In this document: positions 1 to 9,991 of the stretch, one piece after another | Position numbering within the stretch: position 1 is the stretch's first letter | How the letters are laid out: each line of letters begins with the position of its first letter | NCBI RefSeq assembly: GCF_902782855.1 | Contig: NZ_CACZOO010000144.1 | Span: 1-50,264, forward strand | Direction of reading: 5' to 3' | DNA from: an uncultured Corynebacterium sp. | GTDB lineage: Bacteria; Actinomycetota; Actinomycetes; Mycobacteriales; Mycobacteriaceae | DNA: 50,264 bases | The notes under the pieces: generated by a model | What the model saw: only the letters and a program-made list of their open reading frames with translations | Databases searched by the model: none | What the model was told of the DNA's origin: nothing | Program-made: the position numbers and the translations under genes

Positions 1-173
1 AGCATGTAGGCCAGCCCGTGGGCGTCACCGGCGACGATCTCGGCCCGGGCCTTCCGGAGCCACTGTTCCCAGGGAGTCACCTCGTACCGGTGGTACAGCT
101 CGATGCCGCGACCGAGGTTCGCCAGCAACCGGTCGTAGCGGAGATCCAGATCAGCAGGTGACCCACCGGACAT
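1..173 (-). CDS. 5' part of a hypothetical protein downstream of purD (runs off the window edge)
   Basis: Open frame MSGGSPADLDLRYDRLLANLGRGIELYHRYEVTPWEQ... begins 6 nt after the purD stop, with GGAG upstream; product not recognised. Confidence 0.5.
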   Translation of the reverse strand, partial: MSGGSPADLDLRYDRLLANLGRGIELYHRYEVTPWEQWLRKARAEIVAGDAHGLAYM

Positions 174-179
174 GACGGA

Positions 180-1469
180 CTACTCCGGGACCGCGATCCG
201 GCCGTCGACGGCGGCGAGGCCGATGTCGGACCGGTAGTGGCCGTCGGCCATGCTGATCGTCGCGAGCTCCGCGTAAGCCTTCTCCCGGGCCTCGACCAGG
301 GTCGCCCCGCGGCCGATGACGTTGAGGACGCGTCCGCCTGCGGACACCAGACCACCCTCACGGGCCGGATCGGCGGCGACACCGGCGGCGCGCACGCCGC
401 GGGCCTCGTCGCCGGCGGCGGCACCCTCGATCGGCACCCCGGTCACCGGCGCCTCCGGGTAACCCCCGGCGGCGAGCACGACGGTCACGGCGTACCCGTC
501 CTCCCACTCCAGCGGCGGCAGCTCGTCGAGCGTGCCGGTCGCCACCGCATTGAGCACGCCACCCAGCGGCGTCTTCAGCAGGTCGAGGACGGCCTGGGTC
601 TCCGGGTCGCCGAAACGGCAGTTGAACTCGACGACCGCCGGGCCCTCGGAGCCCCACGCCAGACCGGCGTAGAGCAGACCGGAGAAGGGGCAGCCCTCGG
701 CGACCATCTGCCTGGCGACGGGGACGCAGACCTCGTCGACGATGCGCTGCACACCGTTGACCGGCAGCCACGGCAGCGGGGTGTAGGCACCCATGCCGCC
801 GGTGTTCGGGCCCTCGTCGTTGTCGCGGACGCGCTTGTGGTCCTGGGCCGGCAGCAGCGGGACCACGGTCTCCCCGTCGACCAGGCAGAACAGGGACACC
901 TCGGGGCCGTCGAGGAAGCTCTCCAGCAGCACCGGATTCCCGCCGGCGTGCACGTCATGGACGTGCTGGACGGCGGCGGCACGGTCGGGGGTGACGACCA
1001 CACCCTTGCCGCCTGCCAGACCGTCATCCTTGACGACCCAGACGGGGCCGAAGCGGTCGACGGCGGCGTCGATCTCCTCGTCGGTCGCCCCCGGGCCGAC
1101 GGCCTCGGCGTGGGCGGTCTTCACTCCGGCGGACGCCATGATCCCCTTGGCGAAGGCCTTGGAGCCCTCGATGCGGGCGGCGGCGCCCGACGGGCCGAAG
1201 ACGGCGAAACCTTCGGCGCGCAGTGCGTCGGCGACACCGGCGACCAGCGGGATCTCCGGGCCGATGACGACCAGATCAGCGGCGAGCTCCCGGGCGAGTG
1301 CGACGACTGCGGCGGCGTCCTCCCCCTTGATACCGGGGTGCAGGGTGGCCACGCCGGCGATGCCCGGGTTACCCGGGGCGACGTGCACCTCCGTCACCGA
1401 GGGGTCGAGCGAGAGGGAATAGGCCAGGGCGTGTTCGCGGGCTCCGTTGCCGATGACGAGTGTGCGCAT
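180..1469 (-). CDS. purD: Phosphoribosylamine--glycine ligase
   Basis: [16 protein letters not shown] start, [52 protein letters not shown]; start moved to the ATG at 1469. Confidence 0.97.
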   Translation of the reverse strand: MRTLVIGNGAREHALAYSLSLDPSVTEVHVAPGNPGIAGVATLHPGIKGEDAAAVVALARELAADLVVIGPEIPLVAGVADALRAEGFAVFGPSGAAARIEGSKAFAKGIMASAGVKTAHAEAVGPGATDEEIDAAVDRFGPVWVVKDDGLAGGKGVVVTPDRAAAVQHVHDVHAGGNPVLLESFLDGPEVSLFCLVDGETVVPLLPAQDHKRVRDNDEGPNTGGMGAYTPLPWLPVNGVQRIVDEVCVPVARQMVAEGCPFSGLLYAGLAWGSEGPAVVEFNCRFGDPETQAVLDLLKTPLGGVLNAVATGTLDELPPLEWEDGYAVTVVLAAGGYPEAPVTGVPIEGAAAGDEARGVRAAGVAADPAREGGLVSAGGRVLNVIGRGATLVEAREKAYAELATISMADGHYRSDIGLAAVDGRIAVPE

Positions 1470-1512
1470 GGGTTCCGATCTTAACGGCTGCGGTATGACT
1501 ACGATCGGCAGC

Positions 1513-1941
1513 ATGGCATCTGTCTTCAGCAAGATCATCGCCGGGGAGATCCCCGGTCGCTTCGTGTACCGCGACGAGACCGCCGTCGCTTTCCTCACCA
1601 TCGAGCCGGTCGCCTACGGGCACACCCTCGTGGTGCCGGTCGAGGAGGTCGACCGCTGGACCGACCTGACCCCCGAACTGTGGGCCCACCTCAACGAGGT
1701 CGCCCAGCAGGTCGGTGCGGCGATCGTCGACGAGTTCGACTGCCCCCGCGCCGGCTACCTCATCGCCGGTTTCGAGGTCCCCCACACCCACATCCACGTC
1801 TTCCCGGCCGCCGACATGTCCGGCTACAACCTCACGAACGCCATGTCCATGGACGAGACCGATCCGGTGCAGATGGACGCCGCCGCGGAGAAGATCCGTG
1901 CCGGTCTGCGGGCCCGGGGCGTGGACGGCGTCAACGAGTAG
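1513..1941 (+). CDS. HIT family nucleotide hydrolase
   Basis: [19 protein letters not shown], histidine triad VPHTHIHV; conserved position divergent from purD. Confidence 0.93.
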   Translation: MASVFSKIIAGEIPGRFVYRDETAVAFLTIEPVAYGHTLVVPVEEVDRWTDLTPELWAHLNEVAQQVGAAIVDEFDCPRAGYLIAGFEVPHTHIHVFPAADMSGYNLTNAMSMDETDPVQMDAAAEKIRAGLRARGVDGVNE

Positions 1942-2973
1942 ATGGCCGTGAACGACGCCTCCCCGTCCTCCTCCGACGACCTCGCCCCGTATCTCGACGC
2001 ACTGACCGCCGCTGCGGCCGGGGCGACCGCAGACCCGGGGCAGCGCTCGTGGACGGACCAGCTGGCGTCCTTCTCCGACGGGCTGCGCAACACCCTCGGT
2101 TTCACGTCTCGCCTGGTCAAGATGGCTCCGCAGCCTCCGGGGGAGGACACCGTACCGATGGGCGCCCGGCAGAGTTTCGCCGGTTACGTCGATGACCTGT
2201 GGTGGGAGAAGCCGCCCGCGTACCGGCCGTACCCGGTGGTGCTGATCCACGGGACGATCTCGTCGAAGTCGGTGTGGCAGAACCTCGTCACCGACCTGCG
2301 CGACGACGGGTTCGTGGTCTTCGCCCCCGACTACGGACGCCACGGCACCGGTGAGATCCGGCAGTCTGCCAGGGATGTCGCCGCCTACATCGACCAGGTG
2401 CTCGCGGCGACGGGGGCGGACAAGGTGGACGTCGTCGCCCATTCGCAGGGCGGCCTGCTGGCCCGGTACCTCATCAACCAGGAGGGTTTCGACGCGAAGG
2501 TGCACCACCTGGTGACGTTGTCCGCCCCGCACCACGGCACGACGGTGAGCGCCCAGTTGACCTCGATCATCGCGGCGAACGACCTGGCGGCGAAGGTCGC
2601 CGAGACGACGGTGACGCGGATGATGGGTGTGGCGGGGATGCAGCAGGTCGTCGGCTCTCCGCTGCTCACCGACCTGTCCTATTCGCCGGAGACGCGGCCC
2701 GGGGTGCGCTACACGTGTCTGGCGACGAAGGTGGACACGACCGTGGTGCCGCCGGAGTCCGGGTTCCTGGAGCCGGACGCCGCCGATGAGACGGGCATCC
2801 GGGTTCCCGTCGAGGTCGCCAACGAGTTCGTGCAGGACCTGGGGGCCGGGCGGGTACTGCACAATGAGATGCCCTCGGACCCGGACGTGCAGCGCATCGT
2901 GCACGGTCGGTTGGTGGAGGGATTGGTGGAGACCCTGGAGCGTCCGGAGGGTCTGGAGGGTCTGGAGGGGTAG
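1942..2973 (+). CDS. Alpha/beta hydrolase (lipase class 2 / esterase)
   Basis: PVVLIHG oxyanion motif, AHSQGG nucleophile elbow, DTTV (Asp) and LHNEM (His). Confidence 0.88.
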   Translation: MAVNDASPSSSDDLAPYLDALTAAAAGATADPGQRSWTDQLASFSDGLRNTLGFTSRLVKMAPQPPGEDTVPMGARQSFAGYVDDLWWEKPPAYRPYPVVLIHGTISSKSVWQNLVTDLRDDGFVVFAPDYGRHGTGEIRQSARDVAAYIDQVLAATGADKVDVVAHSQGGLLARYLINQEGFDAKVHHLVTLSAPHHGTTVSAQLTSIIAANDLAAKVAETTVTRMMGVAGMQQVVGSPLLTDLSYSPETRPGVRYTCLATKVDTTVVPPESGFLEPDAADETGIRVPVEVANEFVQDLGAGRVLHNEMPSDPDVQRIVHGRLVEGLVETLERPEGLEGLEG

Positions 2974-2984
2974 GGCTCACCGGT

Positions 2985-3080
2985 TCACCGACGGGCGAGT
3001 TTGAGCGTCGCCAGCTGATTGAGCGACACCCCTTCCCGGCCCGCTTCCATGGCGAGGTCTCGGTGCAGGGTGGGCGGGCC
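2985..3080 (-). pseudogene. Remnant of a HicB-family antitoxin (C-terminal ribbon-helix-helix part only)
   Basis: PPTLHRDLAMEAGREGVSLNQLATLKL resembles the HicB C-terminal pattern (PPELHRxLAxEAxxxGVSLNQ); the upstream part of the 69-aa ORF is not HicB-like. Confidence 0.6.
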
Positions 3081-3248
3081 ACCTTTCCCCTGGTTCACCT
3101 GCAGGCAGAATGTGAGCACCGACCGCACGTCGCCGCTGCCTGTAGTCACGACGCTCCCGAAGTTTGCGTCACCGGACCAGCACTTCCATGCCACGGATCT
3201 GCCGGAACGGTGACGCGAACGCCGGTGACCATCCCCACCAACGCCCCC

Positions 3249-4451
3249 TCACCCCGCGTCCGCGAGGCACTCCTTCGCCCGGTCCAGGTTCTCCCGGGTC
3301 ACCGCCGGATCAGTGGACCACTGCGTGTAGTCCGACGGATGCTCAAAGAGCATCTGCATCCCGCCCAACCAGTGGTCGAACGTTTCGGCGCCTTCAGCAT
3401 CGTCCGGAATGCAGGCGTCGGCGAAGTAGCTCTCGATGGACCGCTTCGTCTCCTCCGCGTCCAACCGGTCCGGCGCGGTGATCCCCCGCTGCCCACTGAC
3501 GCCGACGACCGGACCGTCCGGAACCTCCTGCCACCAGGAGTTGTCCACGAGATACACCCGATCCGGCAGGTCGCCGCGGAACGGGGAGGACGCGTAGAGC
3601 TGCCCCACCGTCGCCACCACAGCGTCGAGGTAGCCGGTGTTGCGGGGCTCGGTGCAGACATCCACGCCGTCACCAGTGCCCCGGCACTCCGTCTCATCGG
3701 CCGCGACAGTACTGCTCCGGTCAGTGTCCGGGACCTGGTAGGACAGCGCCATCCCGAGGACCACCGCGACAATCAACCCGACCGGTGGCAGCCAGATCCC
3801 GCGCCACCGCATTCCCGCCGACACACCGAGCACACCACCGATGATGACCATCACCAGGATGAACAGCACCATCGGCAGCGCATCCCGGAGATCAGCGGCC
3901 ACCACCGGGGCATCCACCCCGTCGACGAGTGCTCCTCCGGCCGCCACGGCAAGGAACAGGACGGCCACCGCCCCGGCACCGACCACGAGCCACACCAGCA
4001 CCGGACGCAGCGCTGCCCGGGTCACCGCCCCGGCCCCGCGCTCACCGAGGGTCTCCCACACGGTGAGTCCGCTGCGCCACCGGTACTGTCCGGCGATCAC
4101 ACCACCGGTCAGTGCCAACGGCATGCAGAAGACGAGCAGTACCGGGAAGTTCTCCCCCACCAGCAGACGGACACTGCCAACCCAGTGCTCCAACTGGACA
4201 CCGAGGGTCCACGCCATCGCCACCGCAGGCAGGCCCACGATGACGGCCAGGAGCATGGCACGTGCCCGACCGCGCCGGGCCATGTCCCCGTGCCCCGCCC
4301 TACCTGTATGCCGGACCTCGTCCGCACCGATCTGCAACGCTGGCGGACGCCACCGCGTCAGCCAGACCACCGCACCGAGTGCGAACACCACCAGACAGGT
4401 CCACCAGCTGAGGTCGGGGCTGCCGTCCCAGAGGGTCAGGGTCCCCGGCAT
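3249..4451 (-). CDS. Multi-pass membrane protein (ABC permease-like) with a Cys-containing extracytoplasmic C-terminal domain; possibly N-truncated or fused
   Basis: About 6 hydrophobic segments, then ECRGTGDGVDVC...; directly follows the ABC ATPase. Confidence 0.65.
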   Translation of the reverse strand: MPGTLTLWDGSPDLSWWTCLVVFALGAVVWLTRWRPPALQIGADEVRHTGRAGHGDMARRGRARAMLLAVIVGLPAVAMAWTLGVQLEHWVGSVRLLVGENFPVLLVFCMPLALTGGVIAGQYRWRSGLTVWETLGERGAGAVTRAALRPVLVWLVVGAGAVAVLFLAVAAGGALVDGVDAPVVAADLRDALPMVLFILVMVIIGGVLGVSAGMRWRGIWLPPVGLIVAVVLGMALSYQVPDTDRSSTVAADETECRGTGDGVDVCTEPRNTGYLDAVVATVGQLYASSPFRGDLPDRVYLVDNSWWQEVPDGPVVGVSGQRGITAPDRLDAEETKRSIESYFADACIPDDAEGAETFDHWLGGMQMLFEHPSDYTQWSTDPAVTRENLDRAKECLADAG

Positions 4452-5191
4452 CGCCAGCGCGTAGGGGACCGTCGTTCGAAGGCGGCGAGGTTACCGGGAT
4501 CCCCGGGTGCCGCGCCGGGGGCGAAGGCCCCACGCTCACCGGCCCAGACGATGCGTCCGGTGTCGATGACGGTGACGGTGTCCGCGGTGTCCGCGGTGTC
4601 CAGGATGTCCTCGATGATGTGGGTGGAGACCAGGACCACGGCGTCCCGGGAGACCTCGCGGGTGATGTCGCGCAGGATGCCGCGCTGGACGACGTCCAGA
4701 CCGGCGGAAGGCTCGTCGAGTATCACCAGGCCGGGCTGTCCGATCAGTGCCGAGCCGATGCCGACGCGGCGTCGCATCCCGCCGGACAGGGCCCTGATCT
4801 TCGTGTCCGCCCGGTCACCGAGACGGACGAGACCGATCACGCGGTCCACCTCCGCCTCCGTCTGCGCCTTCGGGAGTCTGCGCAACCAGGCCATGTAGGC
4901 GAAGTGCTCGCGGACGGTGAAGCGTGACTTCCCGAGGTTCTCCTGGGGCAGGTGGCCGAGGTGGCGGCGGATGCTGGCGATCTCCCCCGATCCGCCGAAA
5001 GTCACCGAGCCGGAGGAAGGCTTCTGCAGTGTGGCGATGGTGCGGATCAGGCTGGACTTGCCCGCACCGTTGGGCCCGAGCAGGGCGTGCAGGCCGGGGC
5101 CGAAGGTGGCTGTGGCGGCGTCCACGGCAGGACGCGCCCCACCGCGCCTGCCGTAGCGGACGGTCACCTGGTCGAGGTCGAGGGTTGCCAT
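4436..5191 (-). CDS. ABC transporter ATP-binding protein (DrrA/multidrug-like)
   Basis: Walker A GPNGAGKS, LSGGMRRR signature, ILDEPSAGLD, STH; AGGAGG RBS before the ATG at 5191. Confidence 0.9.
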   Translation of the reverse strand: MATLDLDQVTVRYGRRGGARPAVDAATATFGPGLHALLGPNGAGKSSLIRTIATLQKPSSGSVTFGGSGEIASIRRHLGHLPQENLGKSRFTVREHFAYMAWLRRLPKAQTEAEVDRVIGLVRLGDRADTKIRALSGGMRRRVGIGSALIGQPGLVILDEPSAGLDVVQRGILRDITREVSRDAVVLVSTHIIEDILDTADTADTVTVIDTGRIVWAGERGAFAPGAAPGDPGNLAAFERRSPTRWRCRGP

Positions 5192-5217
5192 GGCGTTCCT
5201 CCTGGCGGGAGAGTTGA

Positions 5218-5264
5218 TTACTCGGTAACTTACCCTGTAATCTCTAGCACAACTTACCGGGTAA
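5218..5264. promoter_or_regulatory. Three palindromic operator-like boxes TTAC-N3-GTAA (candidate PadR sites)
   Basis: TTACTCGGTAA 5218-5228, TTACCCTGTAA 5230-5240 and TTACCGGGTAA 5254-5264 in the 91-bp gap between the divergent operons. Confidence 0.75.
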
Positions 5265-5282
5265 GCAACAGAGACGAGCCAC

Positions 5283-5861
5283 ATGTCCATCAAGTTCGCA
5301 CTGCTCAGCCTGCTGGCCGAGCGACCGGCCGGCGTCGGCCAGCTGCGCAGCAGATTCGAGGAACGCACCGGCCATCTCTGGCCGGTGAACGTCGGTCAGG
5401 TCTACCAGACCGTCCAGCGCCTCGACCGCGACAAGCTCATCGAGGTCACCGGTAACGAACCCGGCGCGTCCGGACGCCACACCGACCTCTACGCTCCCAC
5501 CGACGCCGGGCTCACAGAGCTCCGCGACTGGTGGTCCGCACCGGTCCTGCCGCCCCGCAACGACCGCGACGACCTCGTCATCAAGACCGCGATGGCCGCG
5601 AGTTCCCCACCAGGACAACTCCCCGAGGACCTCACCCTGCTGATCCACCACCAGCGCCTTGCGGTCCTCGACGAACTGCGGGAGCTGACACAGCTCAAGG
5701 CGTCAACCCCCGCGGTGCGCAGTGCCGCCCGCCTGCTGCTGGAGCGCCGGATCTTCGACCTGGAGTCCCAGGTCCGCTGGCTCGACCGCATCGAGTCCCT
5801 GCCGCCCGCACCTGCCACACACACCGCCTGTCCCACGCCCACCACCAACCAGGAGCACTGA
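5283..5861 (+). CDS. PadR family transcriptional regulator
   Basis: MSIKFALLSLLAERP...WPVNVGQVYQTVQRL wHTH, TDAGLTELRDW, C-terminal helical dimerisation domain. Confidence 0.92.
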   Translation: MSIKFALLSLLAERPAGVGQLRSRFEERTGHLWPVNVGQVYQTVQRLDRDKLIEVTGNEPGASGRHTDLYAPTDAGLTELRDWWSAPVLPPRNDRDDLVIKTAMAASSPPGQLPEDLTLLIHHQRLAVLDELRELTQLKASTPAVRSAARLLLERRIFDLESQVRWLDRIESLPPAPATHTACPTPTTNQEH

Positions 5862-5864
5862 GCC

Positions 5865-6605
5865 ATGACCCGCCCCAACAGCACCTCACCCCTGTCCCCG
5901 CAGCGGCTCAGCAGCTACGGGACCTCCAACGCCCCGGCGCTGCGCCTGGAGCACGTCACCCGCACCCACCGCGACGGGCAGACCACCGTCACCGCGCTCG
6001 ACGACGTCTCCCTGACCGTCGAACCCGGTGAGCTCGTCGCCGTCATGGGCCCCTCCGGGTCCGGCAAGTCCACCCTGCTCAACGTCGCCGGGACTCTCGA
6101 CACACCCACTTCCGGCACGGTGCGCATCGGCGGAGTGGATGTCTCCGAGCTCTCCCCCACCAGGCGCGCCGAGGTCCGCCGCCGACACGTCGGCTACGTC
6201 TTCCAGGACTACAACCTCGTGCCCACCCTCACCGTCGCCGAGAACATCTCGCTGCCCCTGGAGCTCGACCGGGTCGGACGCCGTGACGCCCGACGCCGTG
6301 CGCTCGACGCCCTCGGGGACCTGGGGCTCACCGCTCTCGCCGACCGGTTCCCCACCGAGGTCTCCGGTGGGCAGGCGCAGCGAGTCGCTATCGCCCGGGG
6401 ACTCATCGGCGACCGTCACCTCGTACTCGCCGATGAACCCACCGGGGCACTGGACTCGGTCACCGCGGACTACGTGATGGAGCTGCTGCGCACCCGGGTC
6501 ACCGACGGTGCCGCCGGGCTGCTCGTCACCCACGAACCCCGCTTCGCTGCCTTCGCCGACCGCACCGTCCACCTGCGCGACGGCCGGATCCTGGGTGGTC
6601 AATGA
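5865..6605 (+). CDS. ABC transporter ATP-binding protein (LolD/MacB-type)
   Basis: GPSGSGKS, GYVFQDYNL, VSGGQAQRVAIAR, LADEPTGALD. Confidence 0.93.
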   Translation: MTRPNSTSPLSPQRLSSYGTSNAPALRLEHVTRTHRDGQTTVTALDDVSLTVEPGELVAVMGPSGSGKSTLLNVAGTLDTPTSGTVRIGGVDVSELSPTRRAEVRRRHVGYVFQDYNLVPTLTVAENISLPLELDRVGRRDARRRALDALGDLGLTALADRFPTEVSGGQAQRVAIARGLIGDRHLVLADEPTGALDSVTADYVMELLRTRVTDGAAGLLVTHEPRFAAFADRTVHLRDGRILGGQ

Positions 6606-9208
6606 TGTCGCTTCCGACTCCGGGCCCGGGTCCGCTGCTGCGCGTCGCCGTCCGCGACCTCACCCGCCACAGGATCAGGACGCTCGTCGCCCTGCTGCTC
6701 TTCGCCCTGCCGGTGTCACTCATCGTGGGTTTCGCATCACTGATCGAGTCCGACAACCGGATGTCCCTGCCGAATCCGGTCGCCGGGTTCGACTCCGTGG
6801 TCTTCAACGACAGCGGGGACGCCTCCCGCAGCATCTTCAGGGACTCCGCCGCCCAGGACTCCCGCCTTCACGACCTGATCGGGGAGGACGCCGACGATCT
6901 CACCCTCGGCACCACCGGTGTCAGCGCCGTGACCGCCGGTGAGCGGGAGACGACCACCAGCCTGCTGTCGCTCACGGACAACACGTCCACCGACGGCCCA
7001 TCCGTCAGGCCGGGGACCGCCGCCGTGGATGACCGCACCGCCTATGTCCTCGGAATCGGTCGGGGCGGTACCCTCACCGTCGGCGGCACCGACCTCACCG
7101 TCACCGACATCTACCAGGGCATCTCGGACACCGGCCTGATCGTCAACGCCAGCGATGCTCTTCCCGACCGGGGGACGGCCTTCCGGTGGTACCTCCCCGC
7201 AGAGGCGGACGGCATCAGGGAGGAACCGTGGATCAGCCTCAACGACGACGAAGTCGTTGTCGACGGTGTCTCCGTCAACGAGATCTACACCGTCAGTAAC
7301 AGCCTTCCCGACAGTCCCCACCTCATCCCCTGGGGTGATCTGGGCCTCGGCGCCTTGCGCAGCAGCATCGGTTACTACGGCAACGACCTCGGTATCCTCC
7401 TCACCGTCGTCGCTGTCGCCGTCATGGCCGTCACCCTGATCTCCGCGGTGATCACCCCGGTCTTCGCCGTCGCCGCGCGCCGACTCCGGCACCAGCTGGC
7501 CCTGCTCGCCACCCACGGAGCCACACCCGCGCACCTGCGTCGCATCATGCTGTACGAGGGCCTCATCGTCGGGACTGTTGGTTCCGCCCTGGGCCTGGTG
7601 CTGTCCACCGGCGTCGGTGCTGCGGCGATCCGGCTCTTCTCCACCGGGTCCTACGCCTGGGCGTGGGATGTCGCCGTTCCGGTGGTGGCCGTCGCCCTCG
7701 TCTGCGGGGTGGCCTCGGCTCTCGTCCCGGCGGTCAGAGCAGGACACGAGAACCCCGTGACCGCCCTGTCCGACGGCAGTTCCACGGTCCTCACCCCGTG
7801 GCGTCCCCGCACCTTCATCGGTCTGCCGCTGGTCGTCCTGGGCGTTGCACTGGCACCGGCGTCCAACGATGACGCGCTGCGCGCCTTCGGCATCGCGCTG
7901 GCGGGCATCGGACTGGTGTGCTCTGCGGAGCTGGTTGTCCGGCTCGTCGGCGCGACTGCGCCACATCTGTCCACCGCCGGTCGGCTCGCGGTGCGCGACA
8001 CCGTCCGTAACCGGCACCGGACCGTTCCTGCCGTGGCCGCCGTGTCAGGCGTCACCATGCTCGTGACCATGCTGGTGACATATCCGGATGGCGGGTACGC
8101 CTCAGATTCCCGGTTCAAGGACACCGTCGTCACGGCCTCCGCCACCGCCGGCGGAACCGCGGACACCGGGATCGGCGCCTACTCCGAGGACCTCGACCGG
8201 GTCGCGGGGATCGTCGGCACCGACCAGCGGGTCGACGTCTACGGTGGCGTCCTTTCCGCCGAGGCCAGCTTCACCGGTCGTGCACCACAGTTCGCCACCG
8301 CGGTCGGACAGACCCTCACCGACCCGATCTGGCAGGGTGTCGGATGGTCCCCGGTGCTGGTCACCGCGGGAGACGCGCTCAGCATCTACCGTGACATGAC
8401 CACCGCCGACCTGCGGGACGCCACCGACCTGCTCGCTTCAGGCACCGCCGTGGTCGGCGATCCCGCCCTGGTGCACGACGGCCGGGTCCGCATCACCGTG
8501 GAGCCGGGGTACGACGGAGATCTTCCCGGAGCTGTCCCCACCGACCCCGACGACGGCTTCGAGGTCGACCCCTTCTGGTATGGAAGCGCCGAATCCGTCC
8601 GAGACTCCACCAGTATCTACCTGCCGGCGGTGGTCCTGCCAGGCCTGGCCGGTCACGGTGGCGTCGCGGTCTCCCCCGACACCGCGGAGTCTGTGGGTCT
8701 GCAGACCTCCTACGACGGATCCGTGTTCCTCCTCGACCACCCGGTCTCCACGCTGAAGGCCCTGGAGATCACGGCGCGCACCGGAACCCCGTCCTTCCTC
8801 GACGTCAGCGTTCCCGCACTCGCCGCAACGGACCTGCTCTGGTCCGCTGTGCCTGTCCTGTTCAGTCTTCTGACGACGGGTGCCACGGTACTGCTGGTCG
8901 TGCTCCTCGCCGCGTCGGAATCGCGGCGCGACCTGGCGACGATCACCGCGCTCGGAGCCCCGCCCGGACTGCTCCGCAGGTTCACCGCCACCCAGGCGCT
9001 GGTCGTCGCCGGTGCGGGGACGGTGGCCGGTGTGGTGGTCGGTGCGACCCCGGCGCTGATCGGCGGTGATCTGCCCGACATGTCCGGCGGGAAGTGGCTG
9101 TTGTTCGGTGTCGTCGCAGTGGCAGGACCGGTGCTGGCCCGGGTCCTCGGCAGCGTGATCGGCACCGTCTCCTCCCTCGACAGGGCACCCGTGCGGCGAC
9201 GGGAGTGA
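6602..9208 (+). CDS. FtsX-like (type VII) ABC permease, duplicated architecture
   Basis: ATGA overlap with the ATPase; two FtsX-type repeats (LALLATHGATPAHLRRIMLYEG; LATITALGAPPGLLRR) and large extracytoplasmic loops. Confidence 0.88.
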   Translation: MMSLPTPGPGPLLRVAVRDLTRHRIRTLVALLLFALPVSLIVGFASLIESDNRMSLPNPVAGFDSVVFNDSGDASRSIFRDSAAQDSRLHDLIGEDADDLTLGTTGVSAVTAGERETTTSLLSLTDNTSTDGPSVRPGTAAVDDRTAYVLGIGRGGTLTVGGTDLTVTDIYQGISDTGLIVNASDALPDRGTAFRWYLPAEADGIREEPWISLNDDEVVVDGVSVNEIYTVSNSLPDSPHLIPWGDLGLGALRSSIGYYGNDLGILLTVVAVAVMAVTLISAVITPVFAVAARRLRHQLALLATHGATPAHLRRIMLYEGLIVGTVGSALGLVLSTGVGAAAIRLFSTGSYAWAWDVAVPVVAVALVCGVASALVPAVRAGHENPVTALSDGSSTVLTPWRPRTFIGLPLVVLGVALAPASNDDALRAFGIALAGIGLVCSAELVVRLVGATAPHLSTAGRLAVRDTVRNRHRTVPAVAAVSGVTMLVTMLVTYPDGGYASDSRFKDTVVTASATAGGTADTGIGAYSEDLDRVAGIVGTDQRVDVYGGVLSAEASFTGRAPQFATAVGQTLTDPIWQGVGWSPVLVTAGDALSIYRDMTTADLRDATDLLASGTAVVGDPALVHDGRVRITVEPGYDGDLPGAVPTDPDDGFEVDPFWYGSAESVRDSTSIYLPAVVLPGLAGHGGVAVSPDTAESVGLQTSYDGSVFLLDHPVSTLKALEITARTGTPSFLDVSVPALAATDLLWSAVPVLFSLLTTGATVLLVVLLAASESRRDLATITALGAPPGLLRRFTATQALVVAGAGTVAGVVVGATPALIGGDLPDMSGGKWLLFGVVAVAGPVLARVLGSVIGTVSSLDRAPVRRRE

Positions 9209-9227
9209 CCGTGGCACAGTAGTTGGA

Positions 9228-9971
9228 GTGAACATTCCAGCTATCGGCCGTCTTCTCGATCTCCTGCCTGACGACGCCTGGGCCGAGTCCCGCCACCGGC
9301 GCCCCCTCCCCCGCACCGATGATCCGGCGACCCGCCCGGTCGTGCTGGTCCACGGTGCTGTCGGCTCCCGCAGCAACTTCACCGGCGTCGTCGCCGAGCT
9401 GCGGGGCCCCGCGCTTCACTCCGTCGCAGGGCGTCCCGTCCTCTCCGTCTCCTACGGTCACCACGGCACCGCGCCGCTGGCCGGTAACTTCGCCGAGGTC
9501 CGCGAGAAGCTCGGGAACATTGTGGCGGACGCCGGCACCGTCGACCTCGTCGGCCACTCCCAGGGCGGGCTGCTGGCACTGGCGGCATCCGGCACCCCGG
9601 AACTGCAGGGCAAGGTCGGGCGGCTCGTCGGCCTGGGCGCGGACTTCCGCGGCGTCACCGGATTCCGGCGCATCATGCCGCTGGCGTCCCGCGTCGTCCC
9701 CGCCTGGCGCGGCCACCTCGCCGACTCCCCCGAGCTGGCGTCCCTCATGCTCTACGCGCGACGCTCGACCGTCCCGGTCACCCAGATCCTCACCACCCGC
9801 GACCGCTACATCCCCTCCGACCGGGCCCGCGCCTTCAGAACGGAGGACGCCGCCTCCGGAACACCCGCCCACCAGGGCCCCACCACCGTCATCGAGATCG
9901 ACGGCATCCCCCACGAGAAGCTGCCCCACAGCCGCCGGGTCGGACGCCTCGTCGCCGGAATACTCGGTTAG
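9228..9971 (+). CDS. Alpha/beta hydrolase (lipase class 2-like)
   Basis: PVVLVHG, GHSQGG, DRYI and HEKLP triad candidates. Confidence 0.85.
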   Translation: MNIPAIGRLLDLLPDDAWAESRHRRPLPRTDDPATRPVVLVHGAVGSRSNFTGVVAELRGPALHSVAGRPVLSVSYGHHGTAPLAGNFAEVREKLGNIVADAGTVDLVGHSQGGLLALAASGTPELQGKVGRLVGLGADFRGVTGFRRIMPLASRVVPAWRGHLADSPELASLMLYARRSTVPVTQILTTRDRYIPSDRARAFRTEDAASGTPAHQGPTTVIEIDGIPHEKLPHSRRVGRLVAGILG

Positions 9972-9991
9972 GGCGCCGGTGACGAGCCAGA

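Noticed and set aside
3063-4898. 611-aa + strand ORF and other long antisense ORFs (e.g. 1369-2904, 45365-46990, 16618-17913)
   Set aside because: Antisense to well-supported genes, with shadow-frame composition
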